From: Candidatus Dadabacteria bacterium
GTDB taxonomy: Bacteria; Desulfobacterota_D; UBA1144; Nemesobacterales; Nemesobacteraceae
Length of the DNA stretch: 64,000 bases
Direction of reading: 5' to 3'
Assembly: GCA_022827275.1 (NCBI GenBank)
Contig: JAJDTG010000008.1
Coordinates: 3,510 to 67,509, forward strand
Shown: positions 19,008 through 30,946 of the stretch, piece after piece
Position numbering within the stretch: position 1 is the stretch's first letter
Layout of the letters: the number at the start of each line of letters is the position of its first letter
The notes under the pieces: model-generated
Databases searched by the model: none
Told to the model about the DNA's origin: nothing
Seen by the model: only the letters and a program-made list of their open reading frames with translations
Program-made: the position numbers and the translations under genes

Positions 19008-20054
19008 CTACCTGAAGTGATTTATTACTTCTCCCGCAAGGGCATTGAAGGAGTATTCCAGGTCAGGGCTGAAATCCCTGATTATGAAGTGGTTGACTCC
19101 GGCTTCTATGTATTCTTCGAACCTTTTTATCGCGTCGTCAGCCGTTCCGTATATAACGAAGTCGGACAGTATATCCCTCGTGTAGTATTTTTCTCCCATC
19201 TGCCTGAATCTGGCTAGCATGTCCTGATCGTTGGGCATTATGCTCGTGTAGGAAAGCCCCTTGTACTGCGGCTCTATTTCGAGGTCGTACCCGGCTTCCT
19301 CTATCACGTCGGGCCAGATTATAGCGTGCTTTATTCTGTCAAGGGTCTCGTAGGCGGTGTCCTTGTCCTTGGCGACGGACACGAAAATATATATGCACTT
19401 CTCAAAGTTCTCTGCCGCAGCGGCGTTCTCACCCATGGATTTTTCCACTTCGGCGAGCTTGCTCGAAAAAACCCATGTGGGCATCGCGTTTGTTACCCAC
19501 CCGTCTCCGAGCGCGCCTGCGACCCCCAGAGCCTTCGGTCCGGTAGCGGCTATGTATACGGGAACATCTTTTCCGTTCACCGGGCTTACCCTTACTTCGG
19601 CTTCGCTGAGAGAGAAGAATTCCCCCTCGAAGGTTACCGTTTCCCCGGACCAAAGCCGTCTCATCAGCGGCACGGATTCCCGAAGACGCGCAAGAGGCCT
19701 GTTCCAGCTTATGCCGTAGTAATCAAGATTCATTTTTTCCCCGTACCCAAGGCAGCTGAACGCTCTTCCTCCGGAGAGGTTGTCTATGGTCGCGAGTCTG
19801 TGGGCGAACATCGCGGGATGGGACCTGTGGGGGTCCCCTATGGCCCCAAGGCGGATTCTGTCCGTCTTTACCGCCGCGGCCGTGATTACCGACCATACTT
19901 CCGGAGTCAGTTTTTTCGCCATAAACAGTATGTGGTCTGGGTACCACACGGCGTCAAAACCGGCCTCCTCGCAGCGGACGGCGAAGTCCACAAGTTCCGT
20001 AACCGGTTTTCCCGGAAGGGGGGCGGTAAGCCCGAAGCTTATTTTTTCACCCAT
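19008..20054 (-). CDS. LLM-class flavin/F420-dependent oxidoreductase (luciferase-like monooxygenase family)
   Basis: 348-aa TIM-barrel luciferase-like sequence (GFDAVWYPDH, GAIGDPHRSHP). F420 dependence is inferred from family and the nearby cofE. Confidence 0.7.
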   Translation of the reverse strand: MGEKISFGLTAPLPGKPVTELVDFAVRCEEAGFDAVWYPDHILFMAKKLTPEVWSVITAAAVKTDRIRLGAIGDPHRSHPAMFAHRLATIDNLSGGRAFSCLGYGEKMNLDYYGISWNRPLARLRESVPLMRRLWSGETVTFEGEFFSLSEAEVRVSPVNGKDVPVYIAATGPKALGVAGALGDGWVTNAMPTWVFSSKLAEVEKSMGENAAAAENFEKCIYIFVSVAKDKDTAYETLDRIKHAIIWPDVIEEAGYDLEIEPQYKGLSYTSIMPNDQDMLARFRQMGEKYYTRDILSDFVIYGTADDAIKRFEEYIEAGVNHFIIRDFSPDLEYSFNALAGEVINHFR

Positions 20055-20057
20055 TTT

Positions 20058-21077
20058 TTACTCCTCCTCAGGCTCTCCTGTGTCCTTCAAGAAATTGAGG
20101 AACTTACTTACCATGTTATAGGAACCTATATATATGGGGGTTCTCTGGTGAAGTTCCGTCGGCTGAATGTCAAGAGTTCTTTCCGTTCCGCTTGACGACG
20201 CCCCTCCGGCCTGTTCAACGATGAAGGCCATCGGGTTGCATTCGTAGAGAAGCCTGAGTTTTCCGTTGGGAGAATCCGAGGTTTTCGGATAAAGGAATAT
20301 TCCTCCCCTGAGCAGATTCCTGTGGATATCTGCTACCATGGATCCGACGTACCTGAGCGAAAGGCTGGAACTGTTCTCCCCGTCCCTGCAGTGATCGAGA
20401 TACGTCTTTACTCTGGCGGGGAACTTTGAGTAGTTATAGTAGTTGACCGAGAAGATATTGCCGTGGCTCGGGATCTTTATGTTCGGATGGGAGAGGCAGA
20501 ATTCTCCTATCGACGGATCAAGTGTAAAACCGTTTACCCCGTGGCCGGTGGTGTACACCAGCATGGTCGAAGAACCGTATATTATGTATCCGGCGGCCGT
20601 CTGGGCCTTGCCCGGCTGCAGAAAATCCTCCTTGAGACATGGGGAGAACATCTTAGACGTTCTCCTGTATACGGAAAATATGGTTCCGACCGATACGTTC
20701 ACGTCTATGTTGGAGGATCCGTCGAGAGGATCGATGGCTATGACGTATTTTGAGTTTCTCGAGTTCTCGTCGGAAAATGCTATGAAATCCTCGTTTTCCT
20801 CAGATGCCACCCCTGCGCATTCTCCGCCATGTTCAAGAGCGGTCAGGAACCTTTCGTTCGCGTAGGAATCAAGCTTCCTTACCTCTTCTCCCTGGATGTT
20901 TATCTGGCCCGTTTTGCCTAGAATATCCGCGACCAAACCGGCTTTGTTTACTTCCCTGTGAACTATTTTCGCCGCGAACCCTATATCCCGAAGCAGCCTG
21001 GAGAGCTCCCCGGTGGAATAGGGAAATTCATACTGATTTCTTATTATGAATTCGTCAAGAGTAGTTATCGAAACCAT
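20058..21077 (-). CDS. fbp: class 1 fructose-1,6-bisphosphatase
   Basis: 339 aa. Metal-binding motifs IDPLDGSSN and the GELSRLL region typical of FBPase I. Confidence 0.9.
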   Translation of the reverse strand: MVSITTLDEFIIRNQYEFPYSTGELSRLLRDIGFAAKIVHREVNKAGLVADILGKTGQINIQGEEVRKLDSYANERFLTALEHGGECAGVASEENEDFIAFSDENSRNSKYVIAIDPLDGSSNIDVNVSVGTIFSVYRRTSKMFSPCLKEDFLQPGKAQTAAGYIIYGSSTMLVYTTGHGVNGFTLDPSIGEFCLSHPNIKIPSHGNIFSVNYYNYSKFPARVKTYLDHCRDGENSSSLSLRYVGSMVADIHRNLLRGGIFLYPKTSDSPNGKLRLLYECNPMAFIVEQAGGASSSGTERTLDIQPTELHQRTPIYIGSYNMVSKFLNFLKDTGEPEEE

Positions 21078-21281
21078 ATTGCGAGTTGTTCTAGAGAAAG
21101 GCCATGGACAAAACGTTCCTTATATAAGAGTCTAACTGAATTAGCTCGGTTAATTAAGGGAGTACCGGTTAACAGTGATTGAAGAAACCACGCTTCGGCC
21201 TCAAAACGGGTTCAGAGGTGCGGTGTTCCTAGGTAGTGCCGCGGAGAAGACTGCTATGAGAATTCCGCGGTTAATCTTTGC

Positions 21282-21818
21282 TCACTCGAAGCCTGACTTC
21301 CGTTTCTCTTCCCGCAGCTCCAGGAGTTTCTCCAGTCTCTCGTCAAGATCATCCGGAGCCTGTTCCCTGATAATGCGATATCCGGCGACGACTTTGGGAG
21401 CCAGAACGGAATTCCTGAGGAAAGGGGCATCCTCATCCACAAACTGCTTGACCCCGGTTACCATTATGTAGCAGAGCAACAGACCGATTATAAAGCCCAT
21501 TGCCCCGCCGAGGATATGGTTAATCCATCCCATCTTGACTCTTTCCAGCAGGTCTGTCAGGAAATGGGAAAGATAATGTATGAGCATGTATGCAAGGCCG
21601 GCTACGATCAGAAATCCCAGGATGTCGGCGATTCTCGGTTCGGCGATAATGTTCTTTTCAAGCAGGATGCCCCCCAGCAGCTCATAGAAGAAGAAGCCCA
21701 GAGCTACTCCCCCTATTATGGCGGCCAGAGAGAAAAACTGCTTTATAAGTCCTGATCTGAGCCCCCCTCCGAAACAGGCCAAGATCATTAATAAGAGTAA
21801 GATGTCGAACAGGTTCAA
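21282..21818 (-). CDS. cvpA: CvpA family membrane protein
   Basis: Opens with MNLFDILLLLMILA. Hydrophobic with four predicted TM segments. 178 aa. Confidence 0.7.
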   Translation of the reverse strand: MNLFDILLLLMILACFGGGLRSGLIKQFFSLAAIIGGVALGFFFYELLGGILLEKNIIAEPRIADILGFLIVAGLAYMLIHYLSHFLTDLLERVKMGWINHILGGAMGFIIGLLLCYIMVTGVKQFVDEDAPFLRNSVLAPKVVAGYRIIREQAPDDLDERLEKLLELREEKRKSGFE

Positions 21819-21948
21819 AGCGGTTTACCGTTGCGTTCTTGCGGGCTGTTTTACGAAAAATTTCATTTAAAAAAGGAAACTTACATCAGGTTAATGGCGG
21901 TGTCCAGTCTTTGACTTGTCGGGTTCGTTCATATAGTCTAACCGTCCG

Positions 21949-22932
21949 ATGGAGTTCTCAGACATAATTGAGATAATTCACCCGAGCCTCGCGGAAACCG
22001 AGAGGAAAATCGATGAATTCATAAAATCCGACGTTCCTCTGGTTTACGAAATAGCCAAGTATCTGCTTGGCGCAGGAGGGAAGAGAATCAGGCCTTCCCT
22101 CGTTCTTCTCTCAAGCGCCGCCTGCGGTCTTACGGATGGAGAAAACCGTATTGCGGCCGCCGCAGGGATTGAGCTTTTCCACGCAGGCACCCTTTTTCAC
22201 GACGATGTGGTTGATCAGGCGGAATTCAGGAGGGGCAACGCCTCTTCCAATATGGTCTGGGGAAACAAACCCACCGTGCTCGTGGGGGATTTTATGCTGG
22301 CCCGGGGTCTTGAGCTTATATACAGCTGCGGCAGTATTGAACTCCTGAGGGTGGTTTCCAGGGCCTCATCGCGCCTTGCCGAGGGTCATGTGCTCGAGAT
22401 TATGAGCGAAAGAAAAATGCTTGAAATCTCGGAGGATTTCTGCTTTTCCGTGATTGATCACAAAACGGCTGCGCTCATTGAGTGTTCTACCGAGACCGGA
22501 GCGCTTCTGGCGAATACTTCAAACGGAGCGGTCAAGGCCCTTGCACACTATGGACGCAACATAGGAATAGCGTTTCAGCTCATAGACGATGCGCTTGATT
22601 ACTTTTCCGAAGAAAACAAGTTCGGGAAAAAGACCGGACAGGATCTGGCTGAACGGAAAATGACCCTTCCGCTTTACTACTCGATTGAAAACGCCCCGGA
22701 AGACGTGAAACGCAAGGTGATTGAAACGCTCGACAAGGAAGAGGATCTCGATAGTTCCGAGATAGCGGAGATAACGCAGCTGGTAGCCCACTACCGCGGG
22801 GCCGACCTGACCAGACAGCGGGCAAAAGAATTTGTGGTTGAAGCGAAAAAGTCTCTGGACGAGATACCCCAGAGCGATTACAGGGAATCCCTCGGTTGCC
22901 TCGCCGATTACGTGGCTGAGAGAAGCTTCTGA
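21949..22932 (+). CDS. ispB: polyprenyl diphosphate synthase (octaprenyl/heptaprenyl-type, trans-IPPS)
   Basis: First aspartate-rich motif FHDDVVD and second DD-containing motif (LIDDALD). Confidence 0.8.
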   Translation: MEFSDIIEIIHPSLAETERKIDEFIKSDVPLVYEIAKYLLGAGGKRIRPSLVLLSSAACGLTDGENRIAAAAGIELFHAGTLFHDDVVDQAEFRRGNASSNMVWGNKPTVLVGDFMLARGLELIYSCGSIELLRVVSRASSRLAEGHVLEIMSERKMLEISEDFCFSVIDHKTAALIECSTETGALLANTSNGAVKALAHYGRNIGIAFQLIDDALDYFSEENKFGKKTGQDLAERKMTLPLYYSIENAPEDVKRKVIETLDKEEDLDSSEIAEITQLVAHYRGADLTRQRAKEFVVEAKKSLDEIPQSDYRESLGCLADYVAERSF

Positions 22933-23381
22933 TAGTAGCTGTCAAGCGCAAGACCCATGACATAGGCGTCTCCTCTTCCCCTGCCATAGTAGTTCTTGCG
23001 TGTTCTAAGAATTTCGAATCCAAGCTTTTCGTAAAGAGTGATCGCCGGTGTGTTTGTCGTTCTTACCTCGAGGATAACCGAGAGAGCCCCCATTTTTTCA
23101 TAAAAGTTAAACGTGTCTGAGAGCAGTTCAATCGCTACTCCCTTTCTCCTGTGGCAGGATGCCACGGCGATCTTGAATACGTGAATTTCGTCGTAGACAA
23201 GGGTGGATATCGAGTAGCCCGCAACATCTTCGTCGCTTCCGTTTATGGCTATATTGCAGAAGAACCCGGATTTTTTGATGTAATCTGCGAGCACCTGTTT
23301 TGGCCACGGGGAGATGAAGGACTCGTTTTCGATCTTCACGATCTCGTTTATGTATTTCGGTGAGAGAGACTTTATGATCAT
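22908..23381 (-). CDS. rimI: ribosomal-protein-alanine N-acetyltransferase (GNAT family)
   Basis: 157-aa GNAT fold with the RRKGVAIELL acetyl-CoA binding motif. Confidence 0.75.
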   Translation of the reverse strand: MIIKSLSPKYINEIVKIENESFISPWPKQVLADYIKKSGFFCNIAINGSDEDVAGYSISTLVYDEIHVFKIAVASCHRRKGVAIELLSDTFNFYEKMGALSVILEVRTTNTPAITLYEKLGFEILRTRKNYYGRGRGDAYVMGLALDSYYQKLLSAT

Positions 23382-24403
23382 TCTTTTTGTGCCGACTGGG
23401 ACAGAGTGATCCTTTCAAAATAAAGATCAAGCAGATCCGCGGCTCCCGTGTAGGGATCCGTTTTTCCCTCCATTACTTCTTTCTCCACTTTGCCAAGCGT
23501 TTCTTTTATGAGGGAGTTTTCATAAAAGCTGTCCTCAAGATTCTGAAGGAGCGCTTCGTGCAGACGGTATTTAGCCTGCTTTCTTCTTTTTTCCATAAAG
23601 TAGCCGTTTTCTTTGCAGAGCTTTTCATAGTCCATGACGCACTGCCAGGTTTCCCTTATTCCGTAACCCGTGACGGAGGAGCAGGCATAAGCCCTGGGAG
23701 TCCACCCGGATTCGGGCGGTCTGTGAAATCCCAGCGCTTCTTCCATTTCCTGTTTCATAAGCTCAGCCTTTTTCTTGTTTTTCCCGTCCGCTTTGGTTAT
23801 CAGTACGGCGTCGGCGCGCTCGATTATTCCCTTTTTTATTCCCTGAATGTCGTCTCCCGCCCCGGTAATCATAAGCAGCATGAAGAAATCGACCATGGAG
23901 TGGCAGGCAATTTCAGACTGCCCGACTCCCACCGTTTCTATGAAAATCGTGTCGAACCCAGCCGCCTCGCAGAGAATCACGGCGTCGCTTGTCTTTTTTG
24001 CGACTCCCCCCAGGGAGCCGGACGACGGAGAAGGCCTTATATAAACGTTTTCGTGCCGGGAAAGTTCCTGCATCCTGAGCTTGTCGCCCAGAACGCTCCC
24101 CCCGGTCTCGCTGCTCGTTGGATCGATTGCGAGCACCGCTATCTTTTTTCCGCACTCGCGGGCGAGATAGAGTCCCAGAGATTCTATGAAGCTGCTTTTC
24201 CCGACTCCGGGTATACCCGTAATTCCCACCCTTACGGATTTTCCGGACCGCGGCAGACACCACGTGATTATCTCCCGCGCAAGCTTTTTGTGCTCGGGGA
24301 GGGTGCTCTCCGCAAGGGTTATCGCCCTGCTCAGAGCGGGTATTTCTCCCTTGGCTATGCCCTGGCGGTAAGTTTCCGCTTCCGTTTTTCTGTGCGGGGT
24401 CAT
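23378..24403 (-). CDS. meaB: methylmalonyl-CoA mutase-associated GTPase MeaB
   Basis: P-loop GIPGVGKSS and an ArgK/MeaB-like sequence. Overlaps mutB by 4 nt. Confidence 0.9.
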   Translation of the reverse strand: MTPHRKTEAETYRQGIAKGEIPALSRAITLAESTLPEHKKLAREIITWCLPRSGKSVRVGITGIPGVGKSSFIESLGLYLARECGKKIAVLAIDPTSSETGGSVLGDKLRMQELSRHENVYIRPSPSSGSLGGVAKKTSDAVILCEAAGFDTIFIETVGVGQSEIACHSMVDFFMLLMITGAGDDIQGIKKGIIERADAVLITKADGKNKKKAELMKQEMEEALGFHRPPESGWTPRAYACSSVTGYGIRETWQCVMDYEKLCKENGYFMEKRRKQAKYRLHEALLQNLEDSFYENSLIKETLGKVEKEVMEGKTDPYTGAADLLDLYFERITLSQSAQKE

Positions 24404-26544
24404 GTTCGGGTTTCTGTCAGGGGCACGAGTATGGCTTCAGCCGCTTCGGACAGCACGGTCCCCGGACCGAATACCTGCGAGACTCCGGCGCTCCTGAGGT
24501 AATCGTAATCGCGTTTGGGTATGACCCCTCCCGCGACCACCATTATGTCGCCGCCTCCCATCTCGTTGAGCTTTTTTATAAGTTCGGGGATGAGCGTCTT
24601 GTGTCCGGCGGCCAGACTTGATATTCCGATTATGTGGACATCGTTTTCAACTGCCTGTCTTGCCGCTTCTTCAGGGGTCTGAAAGAGCGGGCCTATGTCC
24701 ACGTCGAAACCGAGGTCGGCAAAGCCGGTCGCTATTATCTTCGCCCCGCGGTCATGGCCGTCCTGGCCCATTTTTGCGACCAGTATCCGGGGTCTTCTCC
24801 CTTCTAGCGTGGCGAAACGGTCGGCAAGCTCTCTTGCCTTGATAAATCCGGCGTCCTTAGAAATTTCCGATGAATATACTCCCGAGATCGTGCGCCATCC
24901 GGGCTGATATCTCCCCCATACCTCCTCGCACGCGTCCGATATCTCTCCGAGGGTGGCATTCTCCCTCGCGGCCTCAACTGCCAGAGAGAGAAGGTTTCCT
25001 TGCCCCGTTTCTGCACATTCAGTGATTTTCCGAAGCGTGCGCTCAACCGCCTCGGAATCCCTTTCTTCCTTGAGCTGATTCAGTCTTTTGATCTGGTTCT
25101 CCCTCACCTTGCGGTTATCCACTTCCAGTATATCGAATTCTTCCTGCGCGTCCGAATTATAACTGTTGACTCCTACTATTACGTCTTTTCCCGAGTCTAT
25201 TCTCGCCTGTTTTCGCGCTGCCGCTTCCTCTATTCTCATCTTCGGCAGCCCGGTTTCTATGGCTTTGGACATTCCTCCCAGTTCTTCTATTTCCATTATG
25301 AGTTCCCAGGCCCTTCTTGCCAGATTGTGAGTCAGGTACTCGACATAGTAGGATCCCGCCCATGGGTCGATCAGCCTGCATACATCTGTTTCCTTCTGAA
25401 TATAGAGCTGAGTGTTTCTCGCTATCCTGGCGGAGAAGTCGGTGGGAAGTGCGATCGCTTCGTCCAGGGCATTTGTGTGGAGTGACTGAGTGCCGCCGAG
25501 CACCGCGCTTAGGGCCTCAACGCATGTTCTCGTCACGTTGTTAAACGGATCCTGCTCCGTGAGGCTCCATCCCGAAGTCTGGCAGTGGGTTCTGAGCATG
25601 AGCGATGCCGGCTTTTTGGGCTCAAAAGTCTTGACGATCTTGGCCCAGAGCATCCTTGCCGCCCTCATTTTTGCGATTTCCATGAAATGGTCCATTCCTA
25701 TTCCCCAGAAAAAGGAAATTCTGGGAGCGAAATCGTCAATATTGAGCCCTGCCTCAACGCCCGCCCTTAAATACTCAAGGCCGTCAGCAAGCGTGTAGGC
25801 AAGCTCTATGTCCGACGTGGCGCCCGCCTCTTCCATGTGGTAGCCGCTTACGCTTATCGAGTTGAACTTCGGCATGTTTTTCGATGTATATTCGAAGATG
25901 TCTGAGACTATCTTCATCGAGAATTCGGGCGGGTAAATATAGGTGTTCCTTACCATGAACTCCTTGAGTATGTCGTTCTGGATAGTTCCGCTGAGCTTTT
26001 CCGGTTCCACTCCCTGTCGCTCCGCAACGACTATGTAGAAGGCCATGATCGGCAGAACCGCGCCGTTCATGGTCATGGAAACCGAGATCTGGTCAAGGGG
26101 TATTCGATCGAGAAGAATCTCCATGTCGAGCGCCGAATCTATTGCTACGCCTGCCTTTCCTACGTCTCCCGAAACCCTGGGGTGATCCGAGTCATATCCC
26201 CTGTGAGTCGGAAGATCAAAGGCTATGGAAAGCCCCTTCTGCCCCGCGGCCAGGTTTCTCCTATAAAAAGCGTTTGATTCCTCCGCGGTGGAAAACCCCG
26301 CGTACTGCCTGATGGTCCAGGGCCTCGTGAGGTACATGGTCGGGTAGGGCCCGCGAAGGTAGGGCGGAATTCCGGAGACGAATCCCAGGTGCTCGGAGTT
26401 GCTGAGGTCGTCTCGGACATAAAACGTTTTTATGTCTATTTTCTCGGGTGATTCCCTTACCACGTCTTCGCTCGCATGCACACCGCTTCTGCCGTTTGAA
26501 TCGAAGCCGAGATTTATTTTCGAGAAATCAGGTCTCATGGTCAT
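24400..26544 (-). CDS. scpA: methylmalonyl-CoA mutase large (alpha) subunit with C-terminal B12-binding domain
   Basis: 714 aa. Mutase TIM-barrel region plus C-terminal [23 protein letters not shown] cobalamin-binding (DxHxxG) motif. Confidence 0.9.
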   Translation of the reverse strand: MTMRPDFSKINLGFDSNGRSGVHASEDVVRESPEKIDIKTFYVRDDLSNSEHLGFVSGIPPYLRGPYPTMYLTRPWTIRQYAGFSTAEESNAFYRRNLAAGQKGLSIAFDLPTHRGYDSDHPRVSGDVGKAGVAIDSALDMEILLDRIPLDQISVSMTMNGAVLPIMAFYIVVAERQGVEPEKLSGTIQNDILKEFMVRNTYIYPPEFSMKIVSDIFEYTSKNMPKFNSISVSGYHMEEAGATSDIELAYTLADGLEYLRAGVEAGLNIDDFAPRISFFWGIGMDHFMEIAKMRAARMLWAKIVKTFEPKKPASLMLRTHCQTSGWSLTEQDPFNNVTRTCVEALSAVLGGTQSLHTNALDEAIALPTDFSARIARNTQLYIQKETDVCRLIDPWAGSYYVEYLTHNLARRAWELIMEIEELGGMSKAIETGLPKMRIEEAAARKQARIDSGKDVIVGVNSYNSDAQEEFDILEVDNRKVRENQIKRLNQLKEERDSEAVERTLRKITECAETGQGNLLSLAVEAARENATLGEISDACEEVWGRYQPGWRTISGVYSSEISKDAGFIKARELADRFATLEGRRPRILVAKMGQDGHDRGAKIIATGFADLGFDVDIGPLFQTPEEAARQAVENDVHIIGISSLAAGHKTLIPELIKKLNEMGGGDIMVVAGGVIPKRDYDYLRSAGVSQVFGPGTVLSEAAEAILVPLTETRT

Positions 26545-26552
26545 ACCTTGCC

Positions 26553-28442
26553 TTAGAAAAGCAGCTGCTGGTATCTCTCAAGCATGTCGCGGACGTCCGA
26601 ATCCGCATTTATAAAATCATCCACACCTGCCTCGGCGAGCTCTTCCCGTTTGTCCTGTCCACCGCCTGGGACGACAATTTTTATTTCCGCCCCCTTGTCC
26701 TTGAGTTCTCTTGCGGTCGCCTCCGCGAACTGCTCGTAATCTTTGTCGGAACCGCAGATTACAACCGCAAGCGGATTCTCGCGCAAGGCTGCCGCAACTC
26801 CCTCATCAATGCCCGGATTATCCGCTCCGTCGACTATAGCAAATCCCCCGCACCCGAAGAAATTCATTGAGAAAACCGATCTTGCGACTGTCTGCGGAGA
26901 ATCGCTCAGGTGAAGCAGAAAAACTTTGGGCGCCTCACCCGTTCTCTCCGCGTATTGTTCGCTTAGAAGCCTTATCTTCTCAAAAGCCTGAGCTGCCCTT
27001 GATTCCGCAAGAGGCGCTACCGTCGGGGCCGAACCGTTAGACTCTTCTTCCGCGGGGAGGGTTTCCCGGATATCCCCCGCCATTTTTTCCAGCACGTTGG
27101 GGAACTCGTTCGTTCCGACAAGCGTTTTTTTCCTCCGGGAAATGTCGCTCAGGACTTTTTCCCTGCTGTCTTTTACCTCGTTCTGTATGAAGCCGCTTTT
27201 AAGACACTCAAGGTAGCCGCCCTCTCTTTCTATCTCTTGGAACAGCTCGAGGGATTTCTGCGAAATGGACTGCGTCAGTCTCTCTATGTGGTAGGAGCCG
27301 CCTCCGGGGTCGGTCACTGCGCCGAGGTGGGATTCGTTTCTTGCGAGAAGCTGAACGTTCCTCGCCACTCTCCTTGAGAGTCCGTCGGGTTCCCGGTAGT
27401 GGGCGTCAAAAGGCTCCACGGTAAGGGAGTCTGTTCCCCCGATTACAGACGCCATGGCTTCAAGCGCCGTACGCAATATGTTTGTGTGCGGGTCGTAAAT
27501 GGTTTTGTTGAAGGCGGTGGTGCGGCAGTGGATCCTCATTTTCGTGGATTCGGCGGAGTCGGGGGAGAACTGTTGCGCGACGTTCGCCCATAGCGTTCTT
27601 GCGGCGCGAAGTTTGGCGATTTCCGCAAAGTAGCTTGATCCTGTGGAGAAGGAAAAAATGAGGTGGCGACAGGCACTGTCCGCATCAACGCCTCTTTGGC
27701 GAAGCATGACCAGGTACTCGGCCGCCGCGGCGATAGTGAAGGCGAGTTCCTGGGTTATCGTCGCACCCGAGTCCTTAAACGTCGAGCTTTTCACCGAAAA
27801 CGTCGCGTAGCCGGGCGCGGTGTCTGAGAGATATCCGATGGCTTTTGCGATTTTATCCACATTCTCATCAAGTTGTGTTGCTGGGGATCCGTGCCCAAGC
27901 AGATGCGATAGAGGGTCGAAGAACACGGCTCCGCTGAGCTCCTGCGTGTCGATTCCTTTTTTGGCGCAGGAGGAAGTGAAAAGGGCGCAGGCCTTTTCCG
28001 GATCCTCTCTCAAGGCGAAGTTTATCCCGGTGCGCAGGGGATCTATATCTTTTAGGAGAGTTTCAAGGGTCTTGCGTTTCATTTCCACCTGCGGGATAAG
28101 GGTAAGAGAATCCGCTCCGCCCTCTATTGCCGCAAGCGCCGAGGCTCTAGTCTCTTTCGGGGTCGTGAGCCTTATCTCTTCTGTAATGAGCCAGCTGTTC
28201 TCTTTTTTGCTGGTTCCCCGGGCGAACGGAAATTCTCCCGGAAGCTGAAATTCCCCCAGGAAAAGGTCCCTGGCTTCTTCTTCGGTGTAGAAGGGTTCAA
28301 CCTCTATGCCGTCTTCGGTATGCCATATGAGATCCTTATAGGAAACTCTTTTTTCGGCTTCTTTTTTCCAGGTTTCTTTCGAGACGCTTGGAAAATCGTC
28401 GAAAAGAAGGATCTGCTCATGTTCTTTTTCTGCTTTACTCAT
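26553..28442 (-). CDS. mutA: methylmalonyl-CoA mutase small (beta) subunit
   Basis: 629-aa paralogous mutase-fold protein lacking the B12 DxHxxG motif. Immediately upstream of the alpha subunit. Confidence 0.8.
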   Translation of the reverse strand: MSKAEKEHEQILLFDDFPSVSKETWKKEAEKRVSYKDLIWHTEDGIEVEPFYTEEEARDLFLGEFQLPGEFPFARGTSKKENSWLITEEIRLTTPKETRASALAAIEGGADSLTLIPQVEMKRKTLETLLKDIDPLRTGINFALREDPEKACALFTSSCAKKGIDTQELSGAVFFDPLSHLLGHGSPATQLDENVDKIAKAIGYLSDTAPGYATFSVKSSTFKDSGATITQELAFTIAAAAEYLVMLRQRGVDADSACRHLIFSFSTGSSYFAEIAKLRAARTLWANVAQQFSPDSAESTKMRIHCRTTAFNKTIYDPHTNILRTALEAMASVIGGTDSLTVEPFDAHYREPDGLSRRVARNVQLLARNESHLGAVTDPGGGSYHIERLTQSISQKSLELFQEIEREGGYLECLKSGFIQNEVKDSREKVLSDISRRKKTLVGTNEFPNVLEKMAGDIRETLPAEEESNGSAPTVAPLAESRAAQAFEKIRLLSEQYAERTGEAPKVFLLHLSDSPQTVARSVFSMNFFGCGGFAIVDGADNPGIDEGVAAALRENPLAVVICGSDKDYEQFAEATARELKDKGAEIKIVVPGGGQDKREELAEAGVDDFINADSDVRDMLERYQQLLF

Positions 28443-28609
28443 TAAAGCGCCTTTTCTCCCCTGATTCTCGGGTGAATAAGTATATAATTTTGATTTCTTT
28501 CTGCCAACATACTGAAACCATTTAATTTACCGTTTTCTCCGCCCGTTGCTCAGGACCGCTCCGGTCGGAGGAATTGTTATTTCTTTTTTTCGACTTTAAT
28601 ATTAAGGAA

Positions 28610-29284
28610 ATGTCTGGAAAAGCGGTTGTCATGGTCTCCGGGGGCGTGGACAGTTCCACTCTCTGCTACAAGGCGGTTCGGGAAGGGTACGAAGTCTTTC
28701 CTCTTACCTTCATCTACGGGCAGAAACACGAGAAGGAAATCCGTTCCTCAGAGAATATATGCCGCCGTCTGGGGCTTTCACCCAACATAATCGATTTTTC
28801 TTCCGCAAGAACTCTTTTCGGGGCTTCCGCCCTTACGGACCGGGACGTCGATATTCCAAGGGTTTCCGCGACGGCGCGCAATTACGAGACCCTCTCGGCA
28901 ACAGTAGTTCCGAACCGAAACGCCATCTTTCTTTCCCTTGCGGTTGCCTATTCGCAGGGTATCGGCTGCGACACTGTGTTCTACGGCGCGCATCATTCCG
29001 ACAGGGGAGTGTATCCCGACTGCCGGGCGGAGTTCGTTTCGGCTTTCGAGAAAGCGGAGAGACTCGCGACTGATAACGAACGCCTCAGGATAGTCGCTCC
29101 GTTTATAGATATGGACAAGTCGGGGATAGTCAGGCTCGGTTCGGGTCTCGGGGTTCCTTTCGAAGACACGTGGTCGTGCTACGTGGGTTCCCGTGTGCAC
29201 TGCGGTACCTGCAGTTCGTGCAGGGAGAGAAAAAGGGCCTTTATCGAAGCGGGTGTGGACGATCCGACTGAGTACGAGGCGTAG
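28610..29284 (+). CDS. queC: 7-cyano-7-deazaguanine synthase
   Basis: PP-loop SGGVDSST motif and C-terminal zinc-binding CxxC...CxxC. Start chosen at MSGKAVV rather than the upstream ORF-track Met. Confidence 0.9.
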   Translation: MSGKAVVMVSGGVDSSTLCYKAVREGYEVFPLTFIYGQKHEKEIRSSENICRRLGLSPNIIDFSSARTLFGASALTDRDVDIPRVSATARNYETLSATVVPNRNAIFLSLAVAYSQGIGCDTVFYGAHHSDRGVYPDCRAEFVSAFEKAERLATDNERLRIVAPFIDMDKSGIVRLGSGLGVPFEDTWSCYVGSRVHCGTCSSCRERKRAFIEAGVDDPTEYEA

Positions 29285-29289
29285 CTGCG

Positions 29290-29931
29290 ATGAAGGTAAA
29301 CGAAATCTTCTTTTCAATACAGGGTGAAGGAGTCCATATCGGGCTGCCGACGGTCTTTCTCAGGCTTTTTGCCTGTGATCTCAGATGCAGCTGGTGCGAC
29401 ACCATGTACGCCGTGGAGGGGAATGACTTCCGGGAGATGGAAACCGGCGAGGTGCTCGGCAGGATCCTTGAGTACGGATGCTCCCGCGTCTGCATAACCG
29501 GAGGGGAGCCGCTTATCCAGCGGGATGAAGTGGAAGAGGTGGCGGGGTTTCTCCTCGAAAGGGATTTTGTGATTGTGCTTGAAACAAGCGGGAACAAGAA
29601 GCCGCCCGGAATCTTTTCCCATCCCAATTCGGTTGTGAGCATGGACTGCAAGTGCCCCGGTTCGGGCATGGCCTCCAGGATGGATTTTTCGCTTTATGAT
29701 GACCTGGGGGAAAAGGATCAGCTCAAGTTCGTAATAGCTGACAGTGCGGACTACGAATACGCAAGGGGTGTTATGGCGAAGCGTCGCATAAGGGCTTCAA
29801 TCATATTCCAGCCCGTTTACGGCACAAAGGCGGACTGGATAGCCGAGAGAGTCCTGCGCGACGGCATGGAGAACGTAAGAGTGCTTCCGCAGCTTCACAA
29901 AATATTCTGGGGAGAAAAAAGGGGGGTCTGA
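29290..29931 (+). CDS. queE: 7-carboxy-7-deazaguanine synthase (radical SAM)
   Basis: Radical-SAM cluster motif CDLRCSWCDT. 213 aa. Directly follows queC. Confidence 0.9.
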   Translation: MKVNEIFFSIQGEGVHIGLPTVFLRLFACDLRCSWCDTMYAVEGNDFREMETGEVLGRILEYGCSRVCITGGEPLIQRDEVEEVAGFLLERDFVIVLETSGNKKPPGIFSHPNSVVSMDCKCPGSGMASRMDFSLYDDLGEKDQLKFVIADSADYEYARGVMAKRRIRASIIFQPVYGTKADWIAERVLRDGMENVRVLPQLHKIFWGEKRGV

Positions 29932-30028
29932 CCTCTTCCATCATCTTAGAACTTTCTCGGATCAGTTTTTAATTTTTTTAATGTTCCTGTTGTTATTATG
30001 TTAGAATTCAGGGTATAAAAGATAGATT

Positions 30029-30928
30029 GTGCGAACGGATCAAGAACCGAGGAGAGAAACGATGGAAAAGCACATAGAAGATTACAACTATGAGCCTTTT
30101 GCCGATACCGAGGAGTACAGAAAGGTAAACGGCGATATAACCAGAAGCTGGATACAGATAATGGTTGAGAGGGGGGTCGAGAGTCTCGACAGGTTCCTTG
30201 ACATCGCTACGGGCGCGGGCACCATGGCTCAGCTTTTCTTCGAAATGCTCCCCGCAAACCTGAGGGAGTCAGCGGTGTTCTGCCTTGACCAGTCGGCGGG
30301 CGCTCTTAAACTTGCCAAGCGCAGGCTTGAGAAAGAGGTTGACAAGCTGACCCTTATCAATTCCTCCATACAGGAACTTGATCTGCCTCCGAAAAGCCTT
30401 GACGTGGCCATATGGGGTAACGGCATACATTACCTTAACGAAGAGGAGCAACTAAAGAGCCTCAATGCGATCAAAAAAGCGCTTAAGCCGGGAGGCTGGT
30501 TTTTTTTCAACACCTCTTTTTACGAGGGGGCAAGACCCGAGGACACCATACCTTTCTACAGAACCCAGGTGAGAAACGCCGTCCAGTTCCTGAGAAAACA
30601 GGGAGTGAAAAGAGTAAAGGTTGAGGGAAAAGCCGAAGCCGCAAAATTCCACCCGCGCTCCTACTACGAAGAGCTTGTGGGAAAGGTAGGACTTGATCTT
30701 GTCGATGCCCAGGAATTCGCCGCTGATCTTACGAAAGAAGCGTGGGAGCACATAAGCTCCTTCCAGCAGTATGCAGCCGGCGCCCTTCACGGCTATCCTG
30801 ATGAGGTTGCTTCCGACGCTATGAAAAACGCCGTTGAGCCGGCAATCCTTCTCCACGGGGAAGTGAACGAGAACGGCAACCACTTTGTTACCAGAAAGTG
30901 GCTTTCCATAAGCGCACGACGGGCGTAA
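30029..30928 (+). CDS. class I SAM-dependent methyltransferase
   Basis: Rossmann-fold SAM motif LDIATGAGT and an acidic post-beta2 residue. The start could be the internal Met at 30062. Confidence 0.65.
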   Translation: MRTDQEPRRETMEKHIEDYNYEPFADTEEYRKVNGDITRSWIQIMVERGVESLDRFLDIATGAGTMAQLFFEMLPANLRESAVFCLDQSAGALKLAKRRLEKEVDKLTLINSSIQELDLPPKSLDVAIWGNGIHYLNEEEQLKSLNAIKKALKPGGWFFFNTSFYEGARPEDTIPFYRTQVRNAVQFLRKQGVKRVKVEGKAEAAKFHPRSYYEELVGKVGLDLVDAQEFAADLTKEAWEHISSFQQYAAGALHGYPDEVASDAMKNAVEPAILLHGEVNENGNHFVTRKWLSISARRA

Positions 30929-30946
30929 TTTTCCGCTGCGGGGACT

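Noticed and set aside
19326-20195. 289-aa plus-strand ORF across the LLM oxidoreductase and fbp genes
   Set aside because: Antisense to two confidently identified genes. The translation has no recognisable features.
23387-24502. 371-aa plus-strand ORF antisense to meaB
   Set aside because: It overlaps the entire MeaB gene (P-loop GTPase with clear motifs). Its translation has no recognisable features.
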